A stretch of DNA of 64,000 nucleotides from Pseudomonadota bacterium. GTDB lineage: Bacteria; Pseudomonadota; Gammaproteobacteria; Steroidobacterales; Steroidobacteraceae. Each line of letters begins with the position of its first letter. The first letter of the stretch is position 1. A model generated the notes under the pieces. The model saw nothing but the letters and a program-made list of their open reading frames with translations. It searched no databases and was not told the DNA's origin. The translations under genes and the position numbers were made by a program. Below are positions 1 to 9,370 of the stretch, in pieces. The stretch is from contig JBDKJA010000001.1 of the NCBI GenBank assembly GCA_039796795.1, forward strand, positions 3,711-67,710, in the 5' to 3' direction.

Positions 1-1026
1 CCGATGGACGTCTACGCTCACATCGCAGGTATCGATCTCGTGCGAGCGGGTCAGGGCGAGTATTACGTCCTCGAAGACAACCTGCGTGTTCCATCGGGCG
101 TTTCCTACATGCTCGAAGATCGCAAGGCGATGATGCGGTTGTTTCCGGAATTGTTCGCACGCTATCCCGTCGCGCCCGTTGAGCATTATCCCGATCTGCT
201 ACTGGAAACTTTGCGTAGCGTTGCGCCCGCCGGAGTGCGTGATCCGGTGGTGGTGTTGCTCACGCCGGGCGCGCACAACAGCGCCTATTTCGAGCATGCC
301 TTCTTGGCGCAGCAGATGGGGATAGAGCTCGTCGAAGGGCAGGATTTGTTCGTCGACGATGAAATCGTTTACATGCGGACGACTCAAGGTCCGCGCCGCG
401 TCGATGTCATCTACCGACGCGTGGATGACGACTTTCTCGATCCGCTGGCGTTTCGCCCTGACTCGATGCTAGGCGTGCCGGGTCTACTCACAGCCTATCG
501 TGCCGGGCGTGTCGTTATCTCGAATGCGATCGGGACGGGGATCGCTGATGACAAATCCACTTACCCCTACGTGCCGGAGATGATTCGCTTCTATTTGGGC
601 GAAGAGCCGATCCTCCAAAATGTACCGACTTGGATTTTGCGTCGTGACGAAGATCTCCAACACGTGCTCGCCAATCTATCGGAGCTCGTCGTCAAAGAAG
701 TTCATGGTGCTGGCGGCTATGGCATGTTGATTGGGCCGCTAGCAAGCCAAGCTGAGATCGAAGCGTTTCGTTTACGGATTATGGCCGATCCCGCGCGTTA
801 CATTGCACAGCCCACCCTTGCGCTATCGGCATGTCCAACTTTCGTCGAGGCCGGTTTAGCGCCTCGTCACGTGGACTTACGACCCTTCGTTCTTTCGGGG
901 CGCGATGTGACGATGGTGCCAGGCGGATTGACCCGAGTGGCTTTACGTGAGGGCTCCTTGGTCGTGAATTCGTCGCAAGGTGGCGGCACCAAAGATACAT
1001 GGGTGTTGGAGCGTGCGGCATGCTGA
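1..1026 (+). CDS. circularly permuted ATP-grasp type 2 protein (COG2308-like), 5'-truncated by the window edge
   Basis: The reading frame is open to base 1, and family members are usually longer than the 340 aa seen. The translated ...[28 protein letters not shown]...[13 protein letters not shown] resembles the C-terminal part of this family. It is the first gene of the alpha-E/transglutaminase/Anbu context. Confidence 0.8.
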   Translation, partial: PMDVYAHIAGIDLVRAGQGEYYVLEDNLRVPSGVSYMLEDRKAMMRLFPELFARYPVAPVEHYPDLLLETLRSVAPAGVRDPVVVLLTPGAHNSAYFEHAFLAQQMGIELVEGQDLFVDDEIVYMRTTQGPRRVDVIYRRVDDDFLDPLAFRPDSMLGVPGLLTAYRAGRVVISNAIGTGIADDKSTYPYVPEMIRFYLGEEPILQNVPTWILRRDEDLQHVLANLSELVVKEVHGAGGYGMLIGPLASQAEIEAFRLRIMADPARYIAQPTLALSACPTFVEAGLAPRHVDLRPFVLSGRDVTMVPGGLTRVALREGSLVVNSSQGGGTKDTWVLERAAC

Positions 1027-1970
1027 GTCGTACCGCAGACCATCTCTATTGGATGGCGAGATACACCGAGCGCGCTGAAAATCTGGCGCGTATGCTCGAT
1101 GTGAATTGCCGCATGACGCTGCTGCGCCAAGAGGAAGATGTCACGCGCAAGCGTTGGGCATCGACGCTGGCAACTGTGGGTCAGATCGATGCTTACCTCG
1201 CTGCGCGCGATGCGATCAGCCAGGATGCCGCTATCGAATGGATCGCTTTCGAGCCAGCGAATCCCGGCAGTATCGAACATTGCCTCGACCGTGCACGTGA
1301 GAACGCACATGCCGTCCGCGGTACGCTGACTTCCGAAACTTGGGAAACGCTCAATGCGACCTGGCTTGAACTGAAGCGTTACAAGCGTGTTGCTGCTCGG
1401 CGGCAAAATACGGGCGATTTCTTCGAATGGGTCAAGTTTCGGTCGCATCTCGCGCGCGGGGTCATACAAGGCACCATGTTGCACGATGAAGCGCTCGAGT
1501 TCACTCTCCTCGGAACTTATCTCGAGCGCGCTGACAATACGGCGCGCATTTTAGATGCTCGCTTTGAGTTGCTGATGCCGGCCGCGGCCGCGCCTGATGC
1601 GGCTGTCGATTATTACGAATGGAGTGCGCTGCTACGCTCCGTGTCGGCCTTCGAGGTCTATCGAAAGGTCTACCGTGATCTCATCACGCCGCGACGCGTG
1701 GCAGAGCTACTCATATTCCACGAGGCCATGCCGCGATCTCTACGCCACTGTATGAATCGCGTGCATCAGACGCTCGTGCGTGTCGCTAATGTCCGATCTG
1801 GCGAGACGACGCGACGTTCGGGAGAAATCCAGGCGAGTTTGCAGTACGGACGCATAGACGAGGTACTCGAACTGGGCGTGCGCGACTATCTCGCCAGCTT
1901 CTTATCACGCACCAGCGATCTTGGTGCGCGCATTGCGCACGACTTTCTCGTGTCGGAGGCGACGGTCTGA
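1020..1970 (+). CDS. alpha-E domain protein (COG2307-like)
   Basis: I moved the start to ATG 1020, giving [21 protein letters not shown], the conserved alpha-E N-terminus. It overlaps the upstream stop by 7 nt (ATGCTGA). Confidence 0.8.
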   Translation: MLSRTADHLYWMARYTERAENLARMLDVNCRMTLLRQEEDVTRKRWASTLATVGQIDAYLAARDAISQDAAIEWIAFEPANPGSIEHCLDRARENAHAVRGTLTSETWETLNATWLELKRYKRVAARRQNTGDFFEWVKFRSHLARGVIQGTMLHDEALEFTLLGTYLERADNTARILDARFELLMPAAAAPDAAVDYYEWSALLRSVSAFEVYRKVYRDLITPRRVAELLIFHEAMPRSLRHCMNRVHQTLVRVANVRSGETTRRSGEIQASLQYGRIDEVLELGVRDYLASFLSRTSDLGARIAHDFLVSEATV

Positions 1971-1971
1971 C

Positions 1972-2829
1972 ATGTTGTTGCATATCGAGCATGAAACCGT
2001 TTACCGCTACGATCGACCCGTCAATCATAGTGTGCAGAGCCTACGACTGACGCCCCGAACGGAAGTGGGTCAGCGGGTCTTGAACTGGAATCTGCAAACG
2101 CCCGGTCAAAAGTCACAGCAAGTCGATGCGCACGGAAACGTGATGCACTTGCTGACCATCGACGAGCCGCACGTAGAGATTCGGATCCATGTGACGGGCA
2201 CCGTTGAAACGGAGTTGGTCGCTGATGCCGCTCCATCTAATCGCGGACGTCTATCGCCCCTTATCTACCTTCCGGAGACGACGCTCACACGTGCTGATGA
2301 AGATCTGCGGCTATTTGCTCGGCGTGTCGGTGCACCCATGCTTGGACATGACGGCGTCTTGAGACTCGCGACAGCGATTCGCAACGAGATCGAATATGTG
2401 CCGGGATCAACGGATGTATCGGACCCTGCAGCGAGCGTGTTCGCATTGCGTCGCGGCGTTTGCCAGGACCATGCCCACATCATGCTCGCGTGTTGCCGTA
2501 GCCTTGGTATCCCGGCGCGCTACGTGAGTGGCTATCTGTTGACTGAGCGCGATGATCATATCGCGAGCCATGCTTGGGTCGATGTGTGGCTCGAAGAGAA
2601 CCAAAGATGGTTCGCTGTTGATGTGACGAACGGTGTTCCCGGTGGTCCTCATCATTGCCGTCTTGCCGTCGGACGTGATTATCTGGATGCCTGCCCCGTG
2701 AGAGGTGTCCGCCGTGGCGGCGGCACCGAAACGATGGCGGCGACAGTCGCCGTGTCGTCGGATGAAGCGCCTAGGCGCAACGCAGCACCGAGGCCTCGTC
2801 TGCTGCAGCAACGACAAGCGCAGCAGTAA
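1972..2829 (+). CDS. transglutaminase-like family protein (COG1305-like)
   Basis: ATG 1972 lies 1 nt after the upstream stop, giving N-terminus MLLHIEHETVYRY. Cys/His/Asp core motifs are present: RRGVCQDHAH, ASHAWVDVW, FAVDVTN. Confidence 0.85.
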   Translation: MLLHIEHETVYRYDRPVNHSVQSLRLTPRTEVGQRVLNWNLQTPGQKSQQVDAHGNVMHLLTIDEPHVEIRIHVTGTVETELVADAAPSNRGRLSPLIYLPETTLTRADEDLRLFARRVGAPMLGHDGVLRLATAIRNEIEYVPGSTDVSDPAASVFALRRGVCQDHAHIMLACCRSLGIPARYVSGYLLTERDDHIASHAWVDVWLEENQRWFAVDVTNGVPGGPHHCRLAVGRDYLDACPVRGVRRGGGTETMAATVAVSSDEAPRRNAAPRPRLLQQRQAQQ

Positions 2830-2845
2830 CGCAGTAGAATCAGGT

Positions 2846-3571
2846 ATGACTTATTGTGTCGCTACGCTGATCGATACGGGTCTCGTGTTCCTATCGGATT
2901 CGCGAACTAACGCGGGTGTCGATCACGTGAATACTTTCCGAAAGATGCACGTGTTCGAGCGATCGGGTGATCGCGTACTCGTGCTCATGACCTCTGGCAA
3001 TCTCGCGGTGTCGCAGGCGGTGGTTCATGAGTTGCACGAGCGTATCGCGCAACACGACGCTCACAGTTTGTATAGCGTTAACAGCGCTTTTGACGCGGCT
3101 GCCTTGGTCGGTGACGCGCTGCGAGCCGTGCATCAGCGCGACGCTGCTTCATTGAAAGAACACGGCATTGATTTCAATGCGGCGTTCATCTTGGGCGGCC
3201 AGATTCGCGGCGAGGCGCCACGCCTTTTCCACATCTACGCGGCCGGCAATTTCATCGAAGCGACCGAAGACACACCTTATTTTCAGATCGGTGAATCGAA
3301 ATATGGAAAACCGATCCTCGATCGCGTCATCACGCGGTCCTCGAGTATTGCCGAAGCGACAAAATGCGCACTGATCTCGATGGATTCGACCATCCGCTCG
3401 AACTTGTCAGTGGGTTTGCCGCTCGACTTGGTCTGTATACGACGTGATGCGTTGAAGGTTCAGCTACACCGCAGCATCACAGCTGACGACGAATACTTTC
3501 GCATGATTCGCTCCGGCTGGAGCGATAGCCTGCGACACGCATTTCACACGCTGCCGAACCCAACCTTTTGA
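2846..3571 (+). CDS. proteasome-type protease Anbu (ancestral beta-subunit homolog, COG3484-like)
   Basis: ATG 2846 gives MTYCVATLIDTGLVFLSDSRTNAGVD, with Thr directly after Met and no propeptide. The length is about 241 aa. It is the fourth gene of the canonical Anbu operon order. Confidence 0.8.
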   Translation: MTYCVATLIDTGLVFLSDSRTNAGVDHVNTFRKMHVFERSGDRVLVLMTSGNLAVSQAVVHELHERIAQHDAHSLYSVNSAFDAAALVGDALRAVHQRDAASLKEHGIDFNAAFILGGQIRGEAPRLFHIYAAGNFIEATEDTPYFQIGESKYGKPILDRVITRSSSIAEATKCALISMDSTIRSNLSVGLPLDLVCIRRDALKVQLHRSITADDEYFRMIRSGWSDSLRHAFHTLPNPTF

Positions 3572-3581
3572 AAGTCGATGA

Positions 3582-3611
3582 CTCGAGACGCGCCGCTTAG
3601 CGCGCCTCGAG
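3582..3611. terminator. GC-rich hairpin between convergent genes (possible bidirectional terminator, no U-tract)
   Basis: CTCGAGACGCGC-ccgctta-GCGCGCCTCGAG, with 11 of 12 stem pairs. The RND gene stop codon (3597-3599) sits in the loop. Confidence 0.35.
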
Positions 3612-6600
3612 TTTGGCTGAGCGTTCTTCTGTGGTCGCGCCGAGCAAGCGATCGACGAGACGCGTGGTGTAGTCGCTCGGTTTCGTGCGCTTCGCAACGA
3701 GTGAATAAACAGCAGGCACGACGAAGAGCGTCAGAAATACCGATACGATCGTGCCGTAGAACACGACGATACCGATGGGTAGTCGCTGCTCGGCACCCGC
3801 GCCAGTTGCAAATAGGAACGGAATGGCGCCGAAGGCCGTACACAGGCTCGTCATCAACACGGGTCGCAAGCGCGTCACCGACGCTTCGATGATCGCCTCG
3901 TGGAATTCTTTACCGCGATCCCGTAATTGGTTGGCGAATTCTACGATCAGCACGCCATTTTTGGCAGCGATACCGATCAGCATGACCACGGCAATCTGAC
4001 TAAAGATGTTGATACTCATACCGTGAACCTTCAGACCGAAGACGGCGCCGAGCATCGCCAGCGGTACGGTGACCATGATGATGGCTGGATGCACGAAGCT
4101 CTCGAACTGCGCGGCCAGCACCAAAAAGACGATCACCACCGCGAACAGCAGGGTGATCCACAGCTGTCCGCCGCTGCGAACGTAGTCCGCCGACTCGCCG
4201 TCCCACATCAAGGTGGCGCCCGGCGGCAATTCTTTGCGCACGGTGTCTTCGAACCACTTGACCGCCTCGCCCATGGTGTATTCCTCGGCGAGATCCGCGC
4301 GGATCTCGACCGCACGCAGGCGGTTGAATCGGCTGAGCTCGGTTGCACTCGCAGTTTCGGTCAACCTAACGACACTCGCGAGTGGTACGAGCTCACCGGT
4401 TCGATCGGAACGAACCTGCAAGTTCGTGAGATCCGTGGTCGTCGCTCGCTCATCCGGTCGACCCTGCAGCACCACGTTGTACTCGCGACCTCGATCGATG
4501 AAAGTGGTCACGATGCGCGAGCCGAGCATGGTTTCGAGCGTGCGCCCAACGGTTTGTAGTGATACACCGAGATCCGCCGCGCGATCGCGATCAATGGCAA
4601 CTTTTATCTGCGGTTTGCGAGGCCGGTAATTGCTTTCGACGCCCGTGAGGCCGGGATTCTTCTCGGCGAGTGCGACTAATTGGTCGGACCACTTGGCAAG
4701 ACTCTCGTAATCCGGACCGCCGATCACGGCCTGCACTGGCGAACCAAAGCCGCCGCGCAGCGCGCCCGGGAGGATCGCTGTGGCACGCACGCCGGGCAGC
4801 GCACCGAGTTCTTTGCGCAGCGCACCGGCGATATCCTGCGCAGAGCGATCACGCTCGTTCCAGGGCTTGAGCGTCATGATGACGCGTGCGGTCGTCACTT
4901 CACCGCCGCCGCCCCAGCCGCCGGGGACGCGTAAGGTTACGCGCTGAATATCGCCTTGCTCCATTTGCTTGTTGACGATTGCTTCGAGTTTGCGACCGTA
5001 TTCGGCCGTGTACTCGAAACTCGAGCCTTCGGGTGCTTGCAGCGTGATGAAAATACGACCCACGTCTGCGCTGGGTGCGAACTCTTCGGGAATCGCACGG
5101 AAAGTCAGCACTCCGAGCAGGCTCAGGCCGAGTACGGAGCTCACGATCAACAAGGGACGACGATTCAGTTGGCGCAGACGTCGTTCGTACAATTCGGCGA
5201 GACTTTTGAAGAAGCGCTCAACCGCTTGGGCGAATCGGCCGTGCTTCATATCGCGCTCCGGTGGCAAACGCGAAGCGAGCATCGGCGTCAGGGTCAATGC
5301 AACCAGAGCAGAGAACAACACGGCTGCGGCCAAAGTGAGACCGAACTCGCGGAACAAACGACCGACGTCACCTGGCAAAAACGAGATTGGTACAAACACA
5401 GCAACTAGGGTTAGCGTGGTCGCAATCACCGCAAAGCCGATTTCACGACTACCGCGGATGGCCGCCACCATCTGTGGTTCGTTGAGTTCCGCGCGGCGAT
5501 GGATGTTTTCGAGAACGACGATCGAATCATCGACCACCAGGCCGATCGCGAGCACGATGCCGAGCAGCGTCAGCACGTTGATGGAGTAACCGAGTGCGTA
5601 GACCGCCATGAAGCCAGCGATGACCGAAACGGGGATGGTGACGGCTGGAATGATGGTCGTGCGTAGCGTGCCGAGAAAGCCGTAGATCACGAGCAGCACC
5701 GACACAAACGCGAAAATCACGGCAATTAACACTTCGCGTAGAGCCGCTTCGATGGAAACGCCGTTATCGACGTTCACGACGATAGCGGCGCCTTCCGGCA
5801 AATCGGCCTGGATGCGATCGACCTCAGCGCGTACGCCCTTAACCAGCTCTAGAACGTTGGCTTTCGATTGGGCTTCGATACCTATACCAACGCCCGCACG
5901 GCCATTGGTACGGAACAACGAACGATCGTTTTCTGCTTCGAGTCGAACCTCAGCTACTTCGCCAAGACGAACGAGATGTCCCTCGGGGCCTTTGCCAATG
6001 ACGAGATTACGAAAGTCCTCTTCGTTATCGAGTCCGACTTCCGTGCGTAGCGAGAACTCGCGCTGAATCGACTCGATGCGTCCTGCCGGCAATTCAATAT
6101 TCTCTCGACGCAGTGCGGACTCGATATCGTTGACGGTGAGTGACCGCGCAGCCAGTGACTGCCGGTCGATCCAGACACGCATGGCGGCACGGCGCGCGCC
6201 GTTGAGGGAGGCACGCGCGACGCCCGGTACCGTGGACAAGCGATCGACGATGTATCGCTCGGCGTAGTCGGTGACCTCGAGTTCGGTCATCTTTTCCGAG
6301 TTGAAGCTCAGGAACATCACCGCTTCGGCGGTGGAATCCGATTTTGCGATCTGCGGCGGATCTGCTTCGGGCGGCAATTGCTGCAAGACGCGCGAGATAC
6401 GATCACGGATGTCATTGGCGGCCGCATCGATATCGCGTTCGACATCGAACTCGATGCGGATGCTCGAACGCTCATCGCGACTATCGGACTCGATCTTGAG
6501 GACGCCTTCGATACCCGCAATACGATCTTCGATGACCTGCGTGATCTTGTTCTCGACGACGTTGGCCGAGGCTCCGCGATAAGTCGTCTCTATCGAAACG

Positions 6601-6731
6601 ACCGGGCGGTTGATGTCGGGATACTCGCGCAGCGGCAGTCGGTCGAGCGCGACAAGTCCAAAAATAACGAGCAGCGCACTTAATACCGTCGCGAAGACGG
6701 GGCGGCGGACACAAAACTCCGAAATATTCAT
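3597..6731 (-). CDS. RND efflux transporter permease (AcrB/HAE1-type)
   Basis: 1044 aa. The N-terminus MNISEFCVRRPVFATVLSALLVIFG and the overall 12-TM, two-large-loop pattern are typical of RND pumps. Confidence 0.95.
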   Translation of the reverse strand: MNISEFCVRRPVFATVLSALLVIFGLVALDRLPLREYPDINRPVVSIETTYRGASANVVENKITQVIEDRIAGIEGVLKIESDSRDERSSIRIEFDVERDIDAAANDIRDRISRVLQQLPPEADPPQIAKSDSTAEAVMFLSFNSEKMTELEVTDYAERYIVDRLSTVPGVARASLNGARRAAMRVWIDRQSLAARSLTVNDIESALRRENIELPAGRIESIQREFSLRTEVGLDNEEDFRNLVIGKGPEGHLVRLGEVAEVRLEAENDRSLFRTNGRAGVGIGIEAQSKANVLELVKGVRAEVDRIQADLPEGAAIVVNVDNGVSIEAALREVLIAVIFAFVSVLLVIYGFLGTLRTTIIPAVTIPVSVIAGFMAVYALGYSINVLTLLGIVLAIGLVVDDSIVVLENIHRRAELNEPQMVAAIRGSREIGFAVIATTLTLVAVFVPISFLPGDVGRLFREFGLTLAAAVLFSALVALTLTPMLASRLPPERDMKHGRFAQAVERFFKSLAELYERRLRQLNRRPLLIVSSVLGLSLLGVLTFRAIPEEFAPSADVGRIFITLQAPEGSSFEYTAEYGRKLEAIVNKQMEQGDIQRVTLRVPGGWGGGGEVTTARVIMTLKPWNERDRSAQDIAGALRKELGALPGVRATAILPGALRGGFGSPVQAVIGGPDYESLAKWSDQLVALAEKNPGLTGVESNYRPRKPQIKVAIDRDRAADLGVSLQTVGRTLETMLGSRIVTTFIDRGREYNVVLQGRPDERATTTDLTNLQVRSDRTGELVPLASVVRLTETASATELSRFNRLRAVEIRADLAEEYTMGEAVKWFEDTVRKELPPGATLMWDGESADYVRSGGQLWITLLFAVVIVFLVLAAQFESFVHPAIIMVTVPLAMLGAVFGLKVHGMSINIFSQIAVVMLIGIAAKNGVLIVEFANQLRDRGKEFHEAIIEASVTRLRPVLMTSLCTAFGAIPFLFATGAGAEQRLPIGIVVFYGTIVSVFLTLFVVPAVYSLVAKRTKPSDYTTRLVDRLLGATTEERSAKLEAR

Positions 6732-7792
6732 GAACGTGCCGTTACCGTAACGCGAGCGCCATCACGGATACGTTGCATACCTTCGACCACTAGGGTTTCG
6801 GTGCCTTCGAGTCCGCTCAAGATCGCGACGCTGCCCGGCTCGCGTCCGCCGATACTGACTTCGCGACGTTTTGCTTCGCCGCCTTCGACGACGAAGACGT
6901 AGGTACGACCTTGTTCTGGTACCAGCGCCTCTTCAGGGATCATCAAAGTCGGCTTCTCGGTGCCGCGCACGCGAACCTTCATGAAGAGTCCCGGCTTGAT
7001 GTCGCCGTTGGCATTCGGCAATTCGGCGCGAACGGTGACTGAACGAGTCACTGGATCGACACGCGAATCGATGGCGCTGATCTTGCCGCCAAATACACGT
7101 GCGCCCAAGCCTTCGGCCACCGCTTCCACAGCGAGACCGGGCTTCAGATCGTTGAGGTAGGTCTGCGAGACCGAGAATTCGAGTTTGATGATCGACGTAT
7201 CGTCGAGTGTCGTGATGACACTGCCCGGATTGACGAGACCACCCAATGAGACGCGACGAAACCCGGTGCGACCCGCGAACGGCGCGCGAATGACGGTATC
7301 AGCCAACCTCGCCTTAGCCGCAGCGACGCGCGCTTCGCCTGTTTTGACCGCCGTTTCGAGCTGGTCGAGTTGAGCTTTGGATAATGCTTGAGTGACGGAC
7401 AGGTCTCGGCCGCGATTGAATTGGTTACGACTTTCGATCAGGTTCGCTTCGGCCTCGGCCAGCGCGGCTGCCGTTTGCGCGCGATCGAATTCCACCAATA
7501 TGGCACCCGCAGCGACATTTTGGCCCTCAATGAATCGAACGGCCGTAATCGTGTTGGTCGACTTCGAGGTGATTTCGACCGATTCTTTGGCGAGCGCCGT
7601 GCCGACAGCTTCGATGACGACGCCAAAGGGTCGCTTTTCCATCGTGCCAGTGACAACGGTCGGGGGCGGGCCGCCCGGGCCGCCGAAGTTCCCGCCCGGC
7701 TTGCCGTTACCCGGCGCCGGAGATTCCGAGCACGCAGTCAGTGTCAAGGCGACGGCGAGCAAAGCGAGTCGAACCCGGGTCACGGTAAGCAT
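6728..7792 (-). CDS. RND efflux periplasmic adaptor (MFP) lipoprotein
   Basis: It overlaps the pump start by 4 nt. There is a signal peptide with lipobox LTLTAC followed by a Gly/Pro-rich linker, and HlyD-like coiled-coil and barrel motifs. I prefer ATG 7792 over TTG 7813. Confidence 0.9.
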   Translation of the reverse strand: MLTVTRVRLALLAVALTLTACSESPAPGNGKPGGNFGGPGGPPPTVVTGTMEKRPFGVVIEAVGTALAKESVEITSKSTNTITAVRFIEGQNVAAGAILVEFDRAQTAAALAEAEANLIESRNQFNRGRDLSVTQALSKAQLDQLETAVKTGEARVAAAKARLADTVIRAPFAGRTGFRRVSLGGLVNPGSVITTLDDTSIIKLEFSVSQTYLNDLKPGLAVEAVAEGLGARVFGGKISAIDSRVDPVTRSVTVRAELPNANGDIKPGLFMKVRVRGTEKPTLMIPEEALVPEQGRTYVFVVEGGEAKRREVSIGGREPGSVAILSGLEGTETLVVEGMQRIRDGARVTVTARS

Positions 7793-7916
7793 GATGAGAG
7801 GCCTGCTGATCAAAGAATGCCCCGGGAAGTCGGGGAGGCGGATTTTAGCCTATTCCCGACATTCAGCGAGTCAGTAACTGCCGTGAGGCGGTATTACCGA
7901 AACTTATGGGCGATGA

Positions 7917-8873
7917 TCAAACGACACGACCGCGACGACCACCGGCGCGCCAGTCGATGATATTGGCGGCAATTTCGTCGAGGCAGCGCTGCCGCGAGTC
8001 CCGCGCAGCCCAAGCGGTATGCGGAGTGACGATGAGATTAGGCAAATCGTCGGCGAATAGCGGGCTGCCGGAGATGGGCGGTTCCTCCGGCAGTACATCG
8101 ATCGCTGCGCCGCCTAAGCGACCTGCACGTAATGCAGCCGCGAGTGCATGGAGATCCACCAGCGCACCTCGCGCCGTGTTGATGAGGATCGCATCGCGCT
8201 TCATGAGCGAGAGCCGTCGCGCATCGAGTAGATGACGAGTCTGTTCCGTAAGGGGACAGTGCAAAGATACGACGTCGGCTTGTTGAAGCAGCTCGTCGAG
8301 CGCAACTCGACCGGGTTGTGCCGCTTCGCCCTGACGATTGGCAACTAGCACTTTCATGCCGAGCGCGCTCTGGCAGGCGTTGGCAACCGCTTGTCCAAGC
8401 ACGCCGTAGCCAACGATGCCCAGCGTGAGGCCATGCAGTTCCCGAATCGGATGTGTCAGCAGTGTGAAATGCTGGCTGCGCGACCACGTTCCATCGACCG
8501 CCATCCTCGAATACTCGCGCAGCCGGTGGGTGAGCATGAGCAAGGTACCGAGCACATGTTGGACGACCGACGGAGTGCAATAGTCGCGGATATTGCATAC
8601 CGCGATACCTCTCTCGGCGGCGGCCACGAGATCGATGTTGTTCGTTCCGGTAGCGGAGAGTGCGATGAGGCGCAATTTGGGGGACGCAGCCATCACGTCT
8701 GCCGTGATCTTGAGTTTGTTGAGCAATACGATTTCGCAATCTTGTATGGCCTCGACCACGCCGCTTTGTGGCGTATTGGCCAAGAGGCGCAGGCCGGGTG
8801 CACTGGCTTGCATATTGCGCGGATCAAGATCGCCGTCGTCGACGGTTGCATAGTCAAGGAAAACAGCCGACAT
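7917..8873 (-). CDS. D-isomer-specific 2-hydroxyacid dehydrogenase (glycerate dehydrogenase-like)
   Basis: 318 aa. NAD-binding motif GIVGYGVLGQAV, plus ...INTARGALVD... and ...TPHTAW... motifs. Confidence 0.9.
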   Translation of the reverse strand: MSAVFLDYATVDDGDLDPRNMQASAPGLRLLANTPQSGVVEAIQDCEIVLLNKLKITADVMAASPKLRLIALSATGTNNIDLVAAAERGIAVCNIRDYCTPSVVQHVLGTLLMLTHRLREYSRMAVDGTWSRSQHFTLLTHPIRELHGLTLGIVGYGVLGQAVANACQSALGMKVLVANRQGEAAQPGRVALDELLQQADVVSLHCPLTEQTRHLLDARRLSLMKRDAILINTARGALVDLHALAAALRAGRLGGAAIDVLPEEPPISGSPLFADDLPNLIVTPHTAWAARDSRQRCLDEIAANIIDWRAGGRRGRVV

Positions 8874-8886
8874 ATTTAACGCGACC

Positions 8887-9369
8887 TCAAAAGAACAGAC
8901 GCATCACCGTTTCGGCGATGCACGCAGGCTTGCTCTCACCCTCGATCTCAACCTGGTATTGCTCCGTGATCTGCAGTACCGATGGAGCCACTGGTTCGAC
9001 GGCCACCAAGGTGAATCGACCGCGGATACGGGAATCGACGCGAACCGCGTTTGGAAAACGCAATTTGTTGAGCCCGTAGTTGATCACGCTTCGCACGCCT
9101 GTTGCGTAGGGTTTGCTCTCATCAACCAGCCCGCGCAACGGAACGAGCAAGGAAAGTGTGAGATAGCCATGCGCAATCGCCTTGCCGTACGGTGATTCTT
9201 TGGAAGCGCGCGCGGCATCGACATGGATCCACTGATGATCGTCCGTCGCTTTGGCAAACTGATTGATGCGATCTTGGGTGATCGTCATCCAGTCGCTGAC
9301 ATGAACTTCGGTGCCGACTTTTGCTTGCAATGCCGTTAGTGCTGCACCGAGAGCTGCGTTGTCCGTCAT
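8887..9369 (-). CDS. MaoC-like (R)-specific hydratase/dehydratase domain protein
   Basis: 160 aa. The hot-dog-fold motif ...DDHQWIHVDAARA...SPYGKAIAHGYLTLSL is present. Confidence 0.85.
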   Translation of the reverse strand: MTDNAALGAALTALQAKVGTEVHVSDWMTITQDRINQFAKATDDHQWIHVDAARASKESPYGKAIAHGYLTLSLLVPLRGLVDESKPYATGVRSVINYGLNKLRFPNAVRVDSRIRGRFTLVAVEPVAPSVLQITEQYQVEIEGESKPACIAETVMRLFF

Positions 9370-9370
9370 G

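Noticed and set aside
7820-7836. Small hairpin CCCCG-ggaagt-CGGGG between the dehydrogenase gene and the RND operon, plus repeated TTTGATCA motifs at each end of the gap.
   Set aside because: The stem is only 5 bp and the downstream T-tract is weak. The repeats are short enough to be chance. No TetR-type operator could be supported.
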